This document shows, one piece after another, positions 33,748-43,981 of a stretch of 63,776 nt of DNA. Position 1 is the first letter of the stretch, and each line of letters starts with the position of its first letter. The notes beneath the pieces are model-generated. The model was not told where the DNA came from. It ran no database searches and saw only the letters and a list, made by a program, of their open reading frames with translations. Made by a program: the position numbers and the translations under genes. Origin of the DNA: Patescibacteria group bacterium (GTDB taxonomy: Bacteria > Patescibacteriota > Minisyncoccia > Portnoybacterales > UBA2143); contig JAHJOV010000034.1 in assembly GCA_018820085.1 (NCBI GenBank), positions 1 to 63,776 on the forward strand, given 5' to 3'.

Positions 33748-34380
33748 TTAATGTGGAATCAAAGAGATTAATTTCCGAACAATAATAGCTCGGCATTTTT
33801 GCATTAGATCAGCATCTTTGTCTTTGTCTAAGTTACCGTTCACCAATTTAACTTTTGATATCGGCAAATGCTCTTTACAAAGACATTGATAGGATTCCTG
33901 TAGGATATCAAGAAATTCAGGAGAAATAATTGTCCCGGGCATATTCCTTCCAGCCCGGCGGTCTCTTTCAAGAGCGGTTTCTATAGAAACATCAACAAAG
34001 ATAAAAAAATCTTCTTCTTGCTTGATCATATTCAAAGCTTCAATTATGTTTGTCTCAGCTCTTTGTCTATCTCCTTTTTGATTAAGATGCTGTTTCTGTT
34101 TTAGAAATGATCCCAAAGAAGCAAACACGGCGCCAGCACCTCTTTCGATAATAATCAAATCGCGGTCTTGCTGCTTCGCTTCAAGAAAAAGAGTTTTGAG
34201 TCGTCCAACAGTCCAGATGTTTTTATCCAACTGACCTTCAACAGGGGCTTCCCGAATCGGATCTTGAATAAACCGAATTTTATATCCTTCGTTAAAATAT
34301 CTTTCCAAGTAACGCACTAGTTCGGTCTTACCTGCATTTGGCAATCCGAAAATTTCAACCACCTTTGGCTTAACCTTCAT
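33748..34380 (-). CDS. P-loop NTPase, nucleoside/nucleotide-kinase-like (GC-richer orphan)
   Basis: Walker A GLPNAGKT. 210 aa. SD AAAGGAGGTG upstream. The specific family is not recognised. Confidence 0.5.
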   Translation of the reverse strand: MKVKPKVVEIFGLPNAGKTELVRYLERYFNEGYKIRFIQDPIREAPVEGQLDKNIWTVGRLKTLFLEAKQQDRDLIIIERGAGAVFASLGSFLKQKQHLNQKGDRQRAETNIIEALNMIKQEEDFFIFVDVSIETALERDRRAGRNMPGTIISPEFLDILQESYQCLCKEHLPISKVKLVNGNLDKDKDADLMQKCRAIIVRKLISLIPH

Positions 34381-34465
34381 TTTTCAATCACCTCCTTTTC
34401 ACTTTGATTTTTAATTTTTAAGATACAATAATACTTTCATCTAAAGATAACCCCAAAACCAGGTC

Positions 34466-34494
34466 TTGTCAAGGAATTAAACTTATTGTAAGAT
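34466..34494 (+). promoter_or_regulatory. Sigma70-like promoter for relA/spoT homolog (leaderless type)
   Basis: TTGTCA (34466-34471), 17 nt spacer, TAAGAT (34489-34494), then 6 nt to ATG 34501. Confidence 0.55.
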
Positions 34495-34500
34495 AAAGAC

Positions 34501-35991
34501 ATGACCATTGAGCAGGTTATTAATAAATTCCGCCAAACCCATCCATTAACTGATACTCAAATAATTGAGAAAACATATCTCTTTGTTAAAGAAGCTCATC
34601 ATAATCAAATAAGACTTAATGGAGAACCTCGCTTAGAACATCTTCTCCAAACTGCCTATACTTTAGCCGAATTAAAATTAGATACTGCATCATTAGTTGC
34701 TGGACTTTTACATGACATTTTAGAATATACTCCTATAAAATTAACTCAAATTGAAAAGCAATTCGGGAACGAAATTGCTTTTTTAGTTGAAGGAATTACC
34801 TATATTGATAAAATTCGATACCACAAAAGAGACAAAGCAGCTAAAGATCAAGTAGAAAATATCCGTAAAATTCTATTAGCTATGGCTAAAGATATCCGAG
34901 TAATTCTCATTAAGCTAGCTGATCGTCTCCATAATATGAAAACGCTAGACGCTCTACCAAAAGAAAAGCAGAAAAGAATTGCCTTAGAAACTTTAGAAAT
35001 TTACGCCCCTTTGGCCTATCGCTTAGGTATTGGAGAACTTAAAGGCCAATTAGAAGACTTAGCTTTCCCTTATGTTTATCCTAAAGAATATCAAGAAATC
35101 GTTGATCAAGTTAAAGATAGATATTCTCAAAATAAAAGATACATTGAAAAAATTACTCCTTCAGTTAAAAAAACTCTAACTAAAAAAGGAATTCGAGTTA
35201 TTGAAATTCATTCTCGAACTAAACATTATTATAGCTTATACAAAAAACTTCTCCGTTACGATATGGATTGGCATAGAATATATGACTTAGTCGCCCTACG
35301 AATTATTGTTCCTGATATTGAAAATTGTTACGCTGCTTTAGGAATTATCCATAAAAATTGGCGACCGTTAATTGGCCGCATCAAAGATTATATTGCTATT
35401 CCTAAACATAATGGCTATCAATCTATCCACACAACTGTCTTCTGTCAAGAAGGTAAAATAACAGAATTTCAAATTCGAACTCCTCAAATGCACCAAAAAG
35501 CTGAACATGGTATCGCTGCCCACTGGCACTATACTGAAAAAAGAGGCCTTAAAGATTATATTAGACAAGCAATTTTTCGAGAAAAATCAGAAAAAAAGAG
35601 CCATCAATTAATAGAAGAGCTTACTTGGGTAAAACAACTTCAAGAATGGCAAAAAGAACAGTTTTCTTCACCAGATGAATTTATTAACTCCCTCAAAATC
35701 GATTTTTTGAAAGACCGAATTTTTGTTTTTACACCTAATGGCGATGTTATTGATTTACCTGAAGGAGCTACACCTATAGATTTTGCCTATGAAATCCATA
35801 GTGACGTCGGTGATCAATGCACCGGCGCCAAGATTGATGGTAAAATGACTACTTTGTCTGAACAATTAAAAAACGGACAGGTAATTGAAATCATTACTCA
35901 AAAAAACAAAAAGCCAAGCAGAGATTGGCTTAAGTTTGTTAAAACTAGTCAGGCAAAAAGCAGAATTAAAAATTATTACAAGAAGAATTAA
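34501..35991 (+). CDS. relA: RelA/SpoT-homolog (p)ppGpp synthetase/hydrolase
   Basis: HD domain (GLLHDILEYT), synthetase domain (...YRSIHT-like QSIHTTV), and TGS domain (VFTPNGDVIDLPEGATPIDFAY). Confidence 0.9.
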   Translation: MTIEQVINKFRQTHPLTDTQIIEKTYLFVKEAHHNQIRLNGEPRLEHLLQTAYTLAELKLDTASLVAGLLHDILEYTPIKLTQIEKQFGNEIAFLVEGITYIDKIRYHKRDKAAKDQVENIRKILLAMAKDIRVILIKLADRLHNMKTLDALPKEKQKRIALETLEIYAPLAYRLGIGELKGQLEDLAFPYVYPKEYQEIVDQVKDRYSQNKRYIEKITPSVKKTLTKKGIRVIEIHSRTKHYYSLYKKLLRYDMDWHRIYDLVALRIIVPDIENCYAALGIIHKNWRPLIGRIKDYIAIPKHNGYQSIHTTVFCQEGKITEFQIRTPQMHQKAEHGIAAHWHYTEKRGLKDYIRQAIFREKSEKKSHQLIEELTWVKQLQEWQKEQFSSPDEFINSLKIDFLKDRIFVFTPNGDVIDLPEGATPIDFAYEIHSDVGDQCTGAKIDGKMTTLSEQLKNGQVIEIITQKNKKPSRDWLKFVKTSQAKSRIKNYYKKN

Positions 35992-36899
35992 TTCTTTGAC
36001 AAATTCACAACTAATTTATCTAATTCTTTTTGACTAGCAAATTCAATATTAATAAAATTACGATCGCCTCGTTTAAGAATACTAACCCGGCGACCCAAGA
36101 CCTCTCCAAGATCTTTTTCTATTTGTTTAAAAAGAGGGTTTTTAGGACCAGCACTTTTTGGCTTATCTAACGAAGCTAAAACTCTCGCTTTATCTTCGGT
36201 CTGACGAACACTCAAACCATTCTTAAGAACTATCTGAAAAAGTGTTCTTTGAGCTTTTGGATTAGCCATTAAAATAGCTCGACCGTGCCCTTCGCTAATT
36301 TTACCATTAGATATCGCTCTCTGAGCTTCATTCGGTAAAGTTAAAAGACGAATAATATTTGTTATAGCTGTTCGGCTTTTACCTACTTTTTGAGCAATCT
36401 CTCTATGTTTTAAACTAAAATCATTCTGAAGTTGCTTATAAGCCATAGCCGATTCTATAGCGCTAAGATTTTCTCGTTGAATATTTTCAACTAAAGCAAT
36501 TTCTAATTTTTCTTGAGCAGCACTATCTCTGATAATGACTGGAACATGAGGCAATCCAGCTTTTTGAGAAGCTCGCCATCTTCTTTCTCCGGCTATTAAT
36601 TCATATTCTACTTGTTGTCCTCGATCAGTTGGCGTTTCAATTTTAGTAACAATCAAAGGTTGAAGAACTCCATGTTGTCTAATAGAATTAGCTAATTCAA
36701 TTAACCCTTCTTCATTTAAATCCTTACGAGGTTGATTGGGGTTAGGCCTAATTTTATCAACCTCAACATTAAAAATGCTTTCTTTTCTAGATTTTAACCA
36801 ATTAATTGATTTGCTCTGACCTTTAATCAAAGTAGTTATCTTAGATTCTTTTTTTGGAATAAGAGATTGAAGGCCTTTGCCTAATATTTGTTTTACCAT
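35988..36899 (-). CDS. parB: Chromosome partitioning protein ParB
   Basis: ParB box LQPLIV...LIAGERRWRA, plus an HTH and a C-terminal dimerisation region. Confidence 0.9.
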   Translation of the reverse strand: MVKQILGKGLQSLIPKKESKITTLIKGQSKSINWLKSRKESIFNVEVDKIRPNPNQPRKDLNEEGLIELANSIRQHGVLQPLIVTKIETPTDRGQQVEYELIAGERRWRASQKAGLPHVPVIIRDSAAQEKLEIALVENIQRENLSAIESAMAYKQLQNDFSLKHREIAQKVGKSRTAITNIIRLLTLPNEAQRAISNGKISEGHGRAILMANPKAQRTLFQIVLKNGLSVRQTEDKARVLASLDKPKSAGPKNPLFKQIEKDLGEVLGRRVSILKRGDRNFINIEFASQKELDKLVVNLSKN

Positions 36900-36904
36900 A
36901 ATAT

Positions 36905-37669
36905 TTATCTGTCTAGGTTAATAACTTCTTCAGCTAATTGCCGATAGGCCTTAGCCCCTCTAGAATGAGGATTATATTGAATAATAGCCTGACCAAAACT
37001 AGGTGCTTCAGCTAATTTAATACAACGAGGAATAATAGTTTCAAAAACATAACCGGCAAAATTTCTCTCCATTTCTTTACGAACTTGGCGAGAAAGCCGA
37101 TTACGTCGATCATACATAGTTAACAAGGCACCCTTTATTTTTATAGGACTATCTAAATTTTCCTGAACCAACTCAATAGTTTTCAAAAGTTGACCCAAAC
37201 CCTCTAAAGCATAATATTCACACTGGACTGGGACGATAACTTCATCAGCTGCTACTAAACCATTAATTGTTAAAAGACCTAAACTAGGTGGACAATCAAT
37301 TAAAATATAATCATAATTAGTTCGGATACGGCGGAGTAATTCGTAGAGCTTAAATTCTCTATTCTTCATATTAACTAATTCAATTGTTGCTCCAGCTAAA
37401 TCAGGAGACGATGGCATAATATCATAAGCAAAAAGGCCTGTCTGACGAATTACTTCTTCAGGTAAAAGACCGCCAACTAAAGAATGATATAAATTCAAAG
37501 GTGTGGTTTGAGAGTCAACTCCTAGTCCAGAAGTAGCATTAGCTTGAGGATCAATATCAACTAAAAGGACATACTTGCCCATAGCAGCTAAAAAACTAGC
37601 TAAATTTACGGCTGATGTTGATTTTCCAACGCCTCCTTTTTGATTGACTAAAGCTATAATCCGAGCCAT
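36905..37669 (-). CDS. parA: Chromosome partitioning ATPase ParA/Soj
   Basis: Deviant Walker A NQKGGVGKST. Lies upstream of parB. Confidence 0.9.
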   Translation of the reverse strand: MARIIALVNQKGGVGKSTSAVNLASFLAAMGKYVLLVDIDPQANATSGLGVDSQTTPLNLYHSLVGGLLPEEVIRQTGLFAYDIMPSSPDLAGATIELVNMKNREFKLYELLRRIRTNYDYILIDCPPSLGLLTINGLVAADEVIVPVQCEYYALEGLGQLLKTIELVQENLDSPIKIKGALLTMYDRRNRLSRQVRKEMERNFAGYVFETIIPRCIKLAEAPSFGQAIIQYNPHSRGAKAYRQLAEEVINLDR

Positions 37670-37677
37670 ATATTCTA

Positions 37678-37706
37678 ATTATAATCCAATCTCTCTTAAT
37701 TGACAA
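37678..37706 (-). promoter_or_regulatory. Sigma70-like promoter for parAB (near-leaderless)
   Basis: Minus strand TTGTCA (37706-37701), 17 nt spacer, TATAAT (37683-37678), then 8 nt to the ATG. Confidence 0.55.
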
Positions 37707-37728
37707 GAAGAGTGTTTTAAGAGAGAAT
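37700..37728 (+). promoter_or_regulatory. Possible promoter for tRNA-Leu(CAA)
   Basis: TTGACA (37700-37705), 17 nt spacer, GAGAAT (37723-37728). The tRNA starts 10 nt later. Confidence 0.4.
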
Positions 37729-37737
37729 GAAATGTAT

Positions 37738-37821
37738 GGGGATGTGCTGGAACTGGTATACGGGGTGGTCTCAAACACCACTGGACGCAAGTCCGTGAGG
37801 GTTCGACTCCCTCCATCCCCA
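37738..37821 (+). tRNA. tRNA-Leu (anticodon CAA)
   Basis: Acceptor GGGGATG/CATCCCC, anticodon stem GTGGT/ACCAC with loop CTCAAAC, long variable arm GGAC-GCAA-GTCC, T-arm GAGGG-TTCGACT-CCCTC. Confidence 0.9.
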
Positions 37822-37825
37822 CTTT

Positions 37826-38449
37826 TTATTTCAACATCTCCATTAGGTCCTTTTTGCTGATAGGACCGACTCGGGTGATTTTAGGCTGAGAACTAGTCAA
37901 ATCTAAAACAGTTGAAGGTGGGCTCAATGGTAATTCACGGGCATCCAAAATTAAATCTGGCCGGGGATAAGCATTGTTAAAAATCTTAATAATTTCAGCC
38001 GCCGAACCTAAAGATGGTTCTCCAGAAAAATTAGCTGAGGTAGCTGTAATTGGCTCATTTAAATTCTCCATTAAAAGCTGAGTAAAATAATGATTAGGAA
38101 TCCTTAAACCAACTGTTTTTAATCCAGCAGTTAAAATATCTGGAACAATTGATCTTTTTTCTAAAACAACAGTCACCTGTCCGGGCCAAACTTCTCTTAA
38201 AATCCTTTCTGTTTTGGCATCAATGTAAGCTAATTTTTTAGCCATTTCAATATTCTTAACCATAATCGGAGCCGGCTTACTTTCTGGTCTTTTTTTAATT
38301 TTAAAAAGCCGCTCTACAGCATGCAAGTTTAAAGCGCTAACACCTAATCCATAAACAGTATCAGTTGGATAGATAATACTCCCTCCTCTTTTAATCACCT
38401 TAACAGCCAGTTCAATAGCATGATCATCATCAAATTTAATAATTTCCAT
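37826..38449 (-). CDS. tsaC: L-threonylcarbamoyladenylate synthase (TsaC/YrdC/Sua5 family)
   Basis: YPTDTVYGLG, ...KKRPESKP..., and SANFSGEP motifs. Confidence 0.85.
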   Translation of the reverse strand: MEIIKFDDDHAIELAVKVIKRGGSIIYPTDTVYGLGVSALNLHAVERLFKIKKRPESKPAPIMVKNIEMAKKLAYIDAKTERILREVWPGQVTVVLEKRSIVPDILTAGLKTVGLRIPNHYFTQLLMENLNEPITATSANFSGEPSLGSAAEIIKIFNNAYPRPDLILDARELPLSPPSTVLDLTSSQPKITRVGPISKKDLMEMLK

Positions 38450-40866
38450 TAAATTACTATATTAATTAATCTATTAGGAATGTAAATAACTTTTTTTGGT
38501 TTTTTATTACTTAGCCATTTTTGAATTTTTTCTTGAGAAAGAGCTAACTCTTTAGCTTCTTTTTCAGAGATTCCTTTTTTAACTTCTACTTTATCCCTAA
38601 CTTTGCCATTAATCTGAATAATTAACTGTTCAATTTCTTCTTGAGTTAATTTCTCATTATATTCCGGCCATTTTTCCTTTAAAATACTTGTTTTGTTCCC
38701 TAATATTTGCCATAATTCTTCAGAAATAAAAGGAGCAAAAGGAGAAAGCAGATAAAGAAAAACTTGAGCGTCTTTTTTAGATAAAACTCTTTTCTTTTCA
38801 GACCAAAGATTGATGAATTCCATCATCATAGCCACAGCCGTATTAAATTTCATATTCTCTATATCTTGACTTACCTTTTTAATCACCTGATGTAATTTAG
38901 TAATTAATTCTTTATCACTTTGCTTATTTATTTTATTTTTATCGTTATATAATACCCAAACCTTATTCAAAAAACGAAAAACTCCTTGGACACCCTTGGT
39001 ACTCCAAGAAATCATTTGATCAAAAGGACCCATAAACATTTCGTAAATCCGTAAAGAGTCAGCTCCGTATTCTTTAACAACATCATCAGAATTAATAATA
39101 TTGCCAAAACTTTTACTCATTTTACGACTATCCTCAGCTAAAACAACACCATGAGAGTAACGTCGTTGATATGGTTCAATGGTTGGAACTACTTTAATAT
39201 CATACAAAAACTTATGCCAAAAACGAGAATAAAGTAGGTGAAGAGTAGTATGCTCCATTCCTCCATTATATAAATCAAGTGGTAACCAATACTTTAATTT
39301 TTTAAAATCAGCCAATTCTTTATCATTCTTAGGATCAATATATCTCAAAAAATACCAAGAAGAACCAGCCCAGTTAGGCATAGTATCAGTTTCTCTCTTA
39401 GCTAAACTATCACACTTGGGACAATTAACTTTAACCCAGTCTTTAATACTTACTAAAGGAGATTCACCAGTATTGGTTGGTTCATATTTTTCGACATAAG
39501 GCAATTCTACTGGTAAATCTTTTTCTGGAACCGGAACAATCCCGCAATCCGGACAATGGATGATTGGAATTGGTTCGCCCCAATAATGCTGACGAGAAAA
39601 TATCCAATCTCGTAATTTGTATTGAACAGTTTTCCGACCTGTTTTATTTTTAGCTAACCAATCGGTAATCTTTTTAATCGCTTCTTTAGAAGATAACCCA
39701 TCAAATTGACCAGAATTAATTAACTTGCCATATTCAATATAAGCTTTTTTAGAAACATTTCCTCCACTGACTACTTCTCTAATCTTAATGTCATACTTTT
39801 TGGCAAACTGATAGTCTCTTTTATCATGAGCCGGAACAATCATAACAGCCCCGCCACCATAAGTAGCGATAACATAATCAGAAACCCAAATAGGAACTTT
39901 TTCTTTATTAACTGGATTAATACAATAAGAACCGGTAAAAACACCTGTTTTTTCTTTATCTAATTGAATTCTTTCAAATTCGCTTTTCTTTTTAGAAACT
40001 AAAATATATTCTTTTACTTTTTGCTCATTCTCTTTAACAGTTAATTTATTTATTAAAGGATGTTCAGGCGCAACAACCATAGCTGTAATTCCAAAAGAAG
40101 TATCAACTCGAGTAGTAAATACTTTGATAATGTTATTGCGAGGAGCCGAAGGTGACGCGGCAATCTCAAAATCAATTTCTGTTCCATAACTTCGACCAAT
40201 CCAATTAATCTGCTGAATTTTAATTTTTTCTACATAATCAACTTTATCCAAATCTTCTATCAATCGATCAGCATAAGCTGTAATTTTCAGCATCCATTGT
40301 TTTTGAGTTTTTCTAATTGTTTCTGCTCCACAACGTTCGCATTTACCACTGATAACTTCTTCATTAGCCAAACCAATCTTACAACTCGGACACCAGTTAA
40401 TCGGCATTTCTGATTGATAGGCCAAACCTTTTTTAAAAAGCTGGATAAAAATCCATTGAGTCCATTTATAGTAATTAGGATCAGTTGTATTAATTTCTCG
40501 AGACCAATCAAAAGAAAAACCTAAAGAATTCATTTGCTTTTTAAAAATCTTGATATTTTGCTCAGTTAATTCAGCCGGATGGATACCGGTTTTAATGGCG
40601 TAATTCTCTGTCGGTAAACCAAAAGCATCCCAACCCATAGGATAAAGAACATTATATCCTTCCATTCTTTTTTTACGAACCAAAACATCTAAAGCGCTAT
40701 AACTCCGAACATGACCAACATGCAAACCATCGCCTGAAGGATAAGGAAACTCAACCATAATATATTTCTTTGGTTTTTTATCGAAATCCTTGGCCTGGTA
40801 TAAATTTTGACCTTTCCACTCCTTTGACCATTTCTTTTCAATTTTTTGCGGATTATATTTAATCAT
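38449..40866 (-). CDS. leuS: Leucine--tRNA ligase
   Basis: HVGHVRSY (HIGH-type), KMSKSFGN, and a CP1 editing insertion. 805 aa. Confidence 0.95.
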   Translation of the reverse strand: MIKYNPQKIEKKWSKEWKGQNLYQAKDFDKKPKKYIMVEFPYPSGDGLHVGHVRSYSALDVLVRKKRMEGYNVLYPMGWDAFGLPTENYAIKTGIHPAELTEQNIKIFKKQMNSLGFSFDWSREINTTDPNYYKWTQWIFIQLFKKGLAYQSEMPINWCPSCKIGLANEEVISGKCERCGAETIRKTQKQWMLKITAYADRLIEDLDKVDYVEKIKIQQINWIGRSYGTEIDFEIAASPSAPRNNIIKVFTTRVDTSFGITAMVVAPEHPLINKLTVKENEQKVKEYILVSKKKSEFERIQLDKEKTGVFTGSYCINPVNKEKVPIWVSDYVIATYGGGAVMIVPAHDKRDYQFAKKYDIKIREVVSGGNVSKKAYIEYGKLINSGQFDGLSSKEAIKKITDWLAKNKTGRKTVQYKLRDWIFSRQHYWGEPIPIIHCPDCGIVPVPEKDLPVELPYVEKYEPTNTGESPLVSIKDWVKVNCPKCDSLAKRETDTMPNWAGSSWYFLRYIDPKNDKELADFKKLKYWLPLDLYNGGMEHTTLHLLYSRFWHKFLYDIKVVPTIEPYQRRYSHGVVLAEDSRKMSKSFGNIINSDDVVKEYGADSLRIYEMFMGPFDQMISWSTKGVQGVFRFLNKVWVLYNDKNKINKQSDKELITKLHQVIKKVSQDIENMKFNTAVAMMMEFINLWSEKKRVLSKKDAQVFLYLLSPFAPFISEELWQILGNKTSILKEKWPEYNEKLTQEEIEQLIIQINGKVRDKVEVKKGISEKEAKELALSQEKIQKWLSNKKPKKVIYIPNRLINIVI

Positions 40867-40868
40867 AA

Positions 40869-41675
40869 TTATATCCTAAACAAATCTCTGGCGTTTTTAG
40901 TTGTTTGTTTAGCAACATCTTTAAATTTAATTTTCTTGATCTCGGCTATTTTTTCAGCTATGTATTTAAGATTAATTGGATCATTTCTTCTGTCTCGATG
41001 TGGTTCCGGAGTTAAATAAGGCGCATCAGTTTCTAAAAGAATTCTGTCTAAAGGCATCTTTTCTATTACTTTATCATAATCTCGAGCATAAGTAATTAAT
41101 CCGTTAAAACTAAGATAAAATCCAATTTCTAAAAGTTTTTCTGCTTGAGACCAGCGACCCATAAAACAATGAACCATGCCTCTTAATCCTGGCGCGCAAG
41201 CATGAGGACAATGCGCGCAACCAACACTGAACATGATTAATAATTCAATTAAATCATCATATGCCTTGCGACAATGAAAAATAACTGGCTTATTCATTCT
41301 CCGAGCTAAATCAACTTGCTGTAAAAAAATATCTCTTTGTTTATCTTTCGTTTCTTCAGTCATATCATCTTCACCGTAATCCAACCCTATTTCACCAAGA
41401 GCGACAACTTTTTCATTTTTCAATAATTCCTCATATTTGGCTTCATCAAACTTTTCATTATAAATGTGACTTGGATGGAGACCAACGGCAGCATAAACTC
41501 CTTCTTTATATTTATCAGCATAATCAACCGCTCTTTTACTAGTACTATATTGAGATCCAACATTAATCATCCAAATGCCATTCTTAAGAGCGCGATGAAT
41601 CACTTCGTCACCATCGTCCTTGTAAGGATTAAAATTCACATGAGTATGAGTATCAATTAGTATTGGCTTAGACAT
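40869..41675 (-). CDS. tatD: TatD-family metal-dependent hydrolase
   Basis: IDTHTHVNF at the N-terminus and ...LETDAPYL. Confidence 0.85.
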   Translation of the reverse strand: MSKPILIDTHTHVNFNPYKDDGDEVIHRALKNGIWMINVGSQYSTSKRAVDYADKYKEGVYAAVGLHPSHIYNEKFDEAKYEELLKNEKVVALGEIGLDYGEDDMTEETKDKQRDIFLQQVDLARRMNKPVIFHCRKAYDDLIELLIMFSVGCAHCPHACAPGLRGMVHCFMGRWSQAEKLLEIGFYLSFNGLITYARDYDKVIEKMPLDRILLETDAPYLTPEPHRDRRNDPINLKYIAEKIAEIKKIKFKDVAKQTTKNARDLFRI

Positions 41676-41676
41676 A

Positions 41677-43113
41677 TTATAATCGCGGGAATAAAACCGT
41701 GCTTTTATTTTTCTTAACCTGCTCTAAAATCTTAGCTGATGTTTCCGGAATAAATGGTTCTATTAAATTAGCGACTTCTTTTATAACTGTTAATAACTGA
41801 GAAATAATTTCTTTGGCTTTATCCTGATCGTTTTTAATCAATTCCCAAGGTTTTGTTTTTTCAATCTTTTCATCACAAAAACCAATCAATTGCCAAACTG
41901 ATTCTAATGCTTCGTTAAATTTAATTTCTTCCATCGCTTGCTTATATCTTTCTTGAGTTGATTTAATCTTTGACTCAAATTCTTTATTAAATTTTTCTGA
42001 TTTGGCTTCTACTTTATTAGATAAAGTTAAAACTCTACTAACTAAATTGCCTAAACCATTAGCCAAATCAGAATTGTAACGCTCTTCTAATCTTTTAATG
42101 GAAAAATCGCCATCTTCGGTACTAGAGAACTCCCGAAGCAGAAAATGACGAACTGGGTCCACGCCATATTTCTTAACTAACTCAAATGGATCAATAACAT
42201 TACCTAATGATTTAGACATTTTCTGACCTTCAATAGTCAAATAACCATGAACGAATATTTTTTTAGGCAAAGGTAATCCAACCGATAGGAGCATCGCGGG
42301 CCACAAGAGAGCGTGGAAACGCAATATATCTTTGCCCAGACAATGGATATCGGCTGGCCAATATTGATTAAACTTATCTTGGTCTCTGCCATAACCAAGG
42401 GCTGAAATATAATTAACTAAAGCCTCCAGCCAAACATAAACAATCTGAGAATCATCACCTGGCACCGGCACCCCCCAAACAAGTTTCTCTTTTGGCCGAG
42501 AAATACTAATATCTTCAACTCCCTGTTTTATCAGACCTAACATCTCGTTTTTTTTGGCCTCGGGGATAATAATTAATTTATCTTTTTTAATAACATTTTC
42601 AATTTCTGGAATATACTTTGATAATCTAAAAAAATAATTCTCTTCTCCCAGAATTTCCGGTTCTTTTTGGTGTATTGGACATTTGCTATCAATCAAATCA
42701 ATTTTCCTAAGATAAGCCTCACAGCCAACACAATAAAGCCCTTTATATTCTCCTTTATAAATATCAGCTTTTTTATCCAGCTCTTGCCAAATTTTGTGAA
42801 CACCTGGCCAATGTCTTTTCTTATCCGTTGTTCGAATAAAATCGTCGTTAGACAAATTTAAAATCTTAGCCGAATCTCTAAAAGAAGCTGTATTTTCATC
42901 AACCAATTCTTCAACTTTTCTGTTTAATTCTTCAGCCTTCCTAACTATTTTTACTCCATGTTCATCGGTTCCAGTCAAAAAGAAAACATCTTCACCTTTT
43001 TGACGAGAATATCGAGCCAAAACATCTGCCTGAACCATTTCTAAAGCACTGCCTATATGAGGAGCAGAATTCACATAAAAAATACTGGTAGTAATGTAGA
43101 ATTTTCTAGTCAT
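41677..43113 (-). CDS. metG: Methionine--tRNA ligase
   Basis: FYITTSIFYVNSAPHIGS and KMSKSLGN. Trimmed to ATG 43113. Confidence 0.95.
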   Translation of the reverse strand: MTRKFYITTSIFYVNSAPHIGSALEMVQADVLARYSRQKGEDVFFLTGTDEHGVKIVRKAEELNRKVEELVDENTASFRDSAKILNLSNDDFIRTTDKKRHWPGVHKIWQELDKKADIYKGEYKGLYCVGCEAYLRKIDLIDSKCPIHQKEPEILGEENYFFRLSKYIPEIENVIKKDKLIIIPEAKKNEMLGLIKQGVEDISISRPKEKLVWGVPVPGDDSQIVYVWLEALVNYISALGYGRDQDKFNQYWPADIHCLGKDILRFHALLWPAMLLSVGLPLPKKIFVHGYLTIEGQKMSKSLGNVIDPFELVKKYGVDPVRHFLLREFSSTEDGDFSIKRLEERYNSDLANGLGNLVSRVLTLSNKVEAKSEKFNKEFESKIKSTQERYKQAMEEIKFNEALESVWQLIGFCDEKIEKTKPWELIKNDQDKAKEIISQLLTVIKEVANLIEPFIPETSAKILEQVKKNKSTVLFPRL

Positions 43114-43780
43114 GATTAATAACAACAACAAACTCGCCTTTTACTTTTCCATTAAGAAGTGGAGTAAGCTGTTTAATAGTATCTTTAATTTTACCTCGAT
43201 AGGTTATTTCAAATTTCTTGGTTAATTCCCGGCAAACCACTATCTGCTTATCTATACCAGTCAATTCATTTAATGTTTTCAAGATCCGATGGGGTGATTC
43301 GTAAAAAACAACCGTGTATTTCGAATCAATTACTTCCTGGAAAAACTTTTTCCTTTTTTTCTTAATCGGAGGAAAACCAAAAAAAACAAATTTATCAGCT
43401 GAAAATCCAGAAATACTTAAAGCGGCCGTTATAGCAGATGGACCAGGAATAGAAATGATTTCTAAGATAGCCATTTCTTTAACTAGATAATCAATTAGCT
43501 TAGCGCCTGGATCACTAATAGTTGGTGTTCCAGCATCTGAAACTAATGCAATATCTTTATTCTCTTGCAGCTTTTTTAGAATATACCTATTCTTATTTAA
43601 CTTACTATGCTGATGATAACTGGTTGTTGGTTTAGAAATCTCGTAACGAGTTAATAGTTTTTTAGTTACGCGGGTATCTTCACAAAGGATTAAATCAACT
43701 TCTTTTAAAATCCGCAAAGCTCTTTGACTAATATCTTCCAAATTCCCAATCGGCGTGGCAATAACATATAGTTTAGACAT
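43106..43780 (-). CDS. rsmI: 16S rRNA (cytidine1402-2'-O)-methyltransferase RsmI
   Basis: MSKLYVIATPIGNLEDIS..., and LVSDAGTPTISDPG. The ORF-track N-terminal 54 aa run through repeats, so I trimmed to ATG 43780. Confidence 0.9.
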   Translation of the reverse strand: MSKLYVIATPIGNLEDISQRALRILKEVDLILCEDTRVTKKLLTRYEISKPTTSYHQHSKLNKNRYILKKLQENKDIALVSDAGTPTISDPGAKLIDYLVKEMAILEIISIPGPSAITAALSISGFSADKFVFFGFPPIKKKRKKFFQEVIDSKYTVVFYESPHRILKTLNELTGIDKQIVVCRELTKKFEITYRGKIKDTIKQLTPLLNGKVKGEFVVVINHD

Positions 43781-43786
43781 AGTTCT

Positions 43787-43816
43787 ATTGTATATAAAAA
43801 GAGCCCTATTTGACAA
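43787..43816 (-). promoter_or_regulatory. Sigma70-like promoter for rsmI-metG operon (leaderless type)
   Basis: Minus strand TTGTCA (43816-43811), 18 nt spacer, TACAAT (43792-43787), then AGAACT and the ATG. Confidence 0.5.
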
Positions 43817-43825
43817 GGAGACAAA

Positions 43826-43892
43826 CAGAGGTCGGACATTATTTTGTCTGCACCTCAGCAGAGGTTCGGCAAAACAAGGTCCGACCTCTGGG
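43826..43892. repeat. 64-bp palindromic element (type I)
   Basis: CAGAGGTCGGACATTATTTTGTCTGCACCTCAGCAGAGGTTCGGCAAAACAAGGTCCGACCTCTGGG. Confidence 0.85.
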
Positions 43893-43909
43893 TACGTGGC
43901 TTCAACTTT

Positions 43910-43972
43910 AAGGTCAGACCTAAAAAGCGGAACCTTTCGCAAAAGGTTCCTACTTTTTGAGGTCTGACCTTA
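43910..43972. repeat. Palindromic element variant (two boxes flanking an inner hairpin)
   Basis: AAGGTCAGACCTAAAAAGCGGAACCTTTCGCAAAAGGTTCCTACTTTTTGAGGTCTGACCTTA. Confidence 0.8.
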
Positions 43973-43981
43973 TCACAATCC

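Noticed and set aside
37596-37790. 64-aa minus-strand ORF
   Set aside because: It spans the parA start, the divergent promoter region, and the tRNA-Leu(CAA) gene.
43781-43942. N-terminal extensions of rsmI (and similarly 22173-22229 HIT, 50334-50369 recO, 23546-23683 hisS, 43114-43131 metG, 15017-15028 ftsZ)
   Set aside because: The extensions read through palindromic repeats, promoters or the upstream gene, and precede a conserved family N-terminus that begins at an internal ATG.
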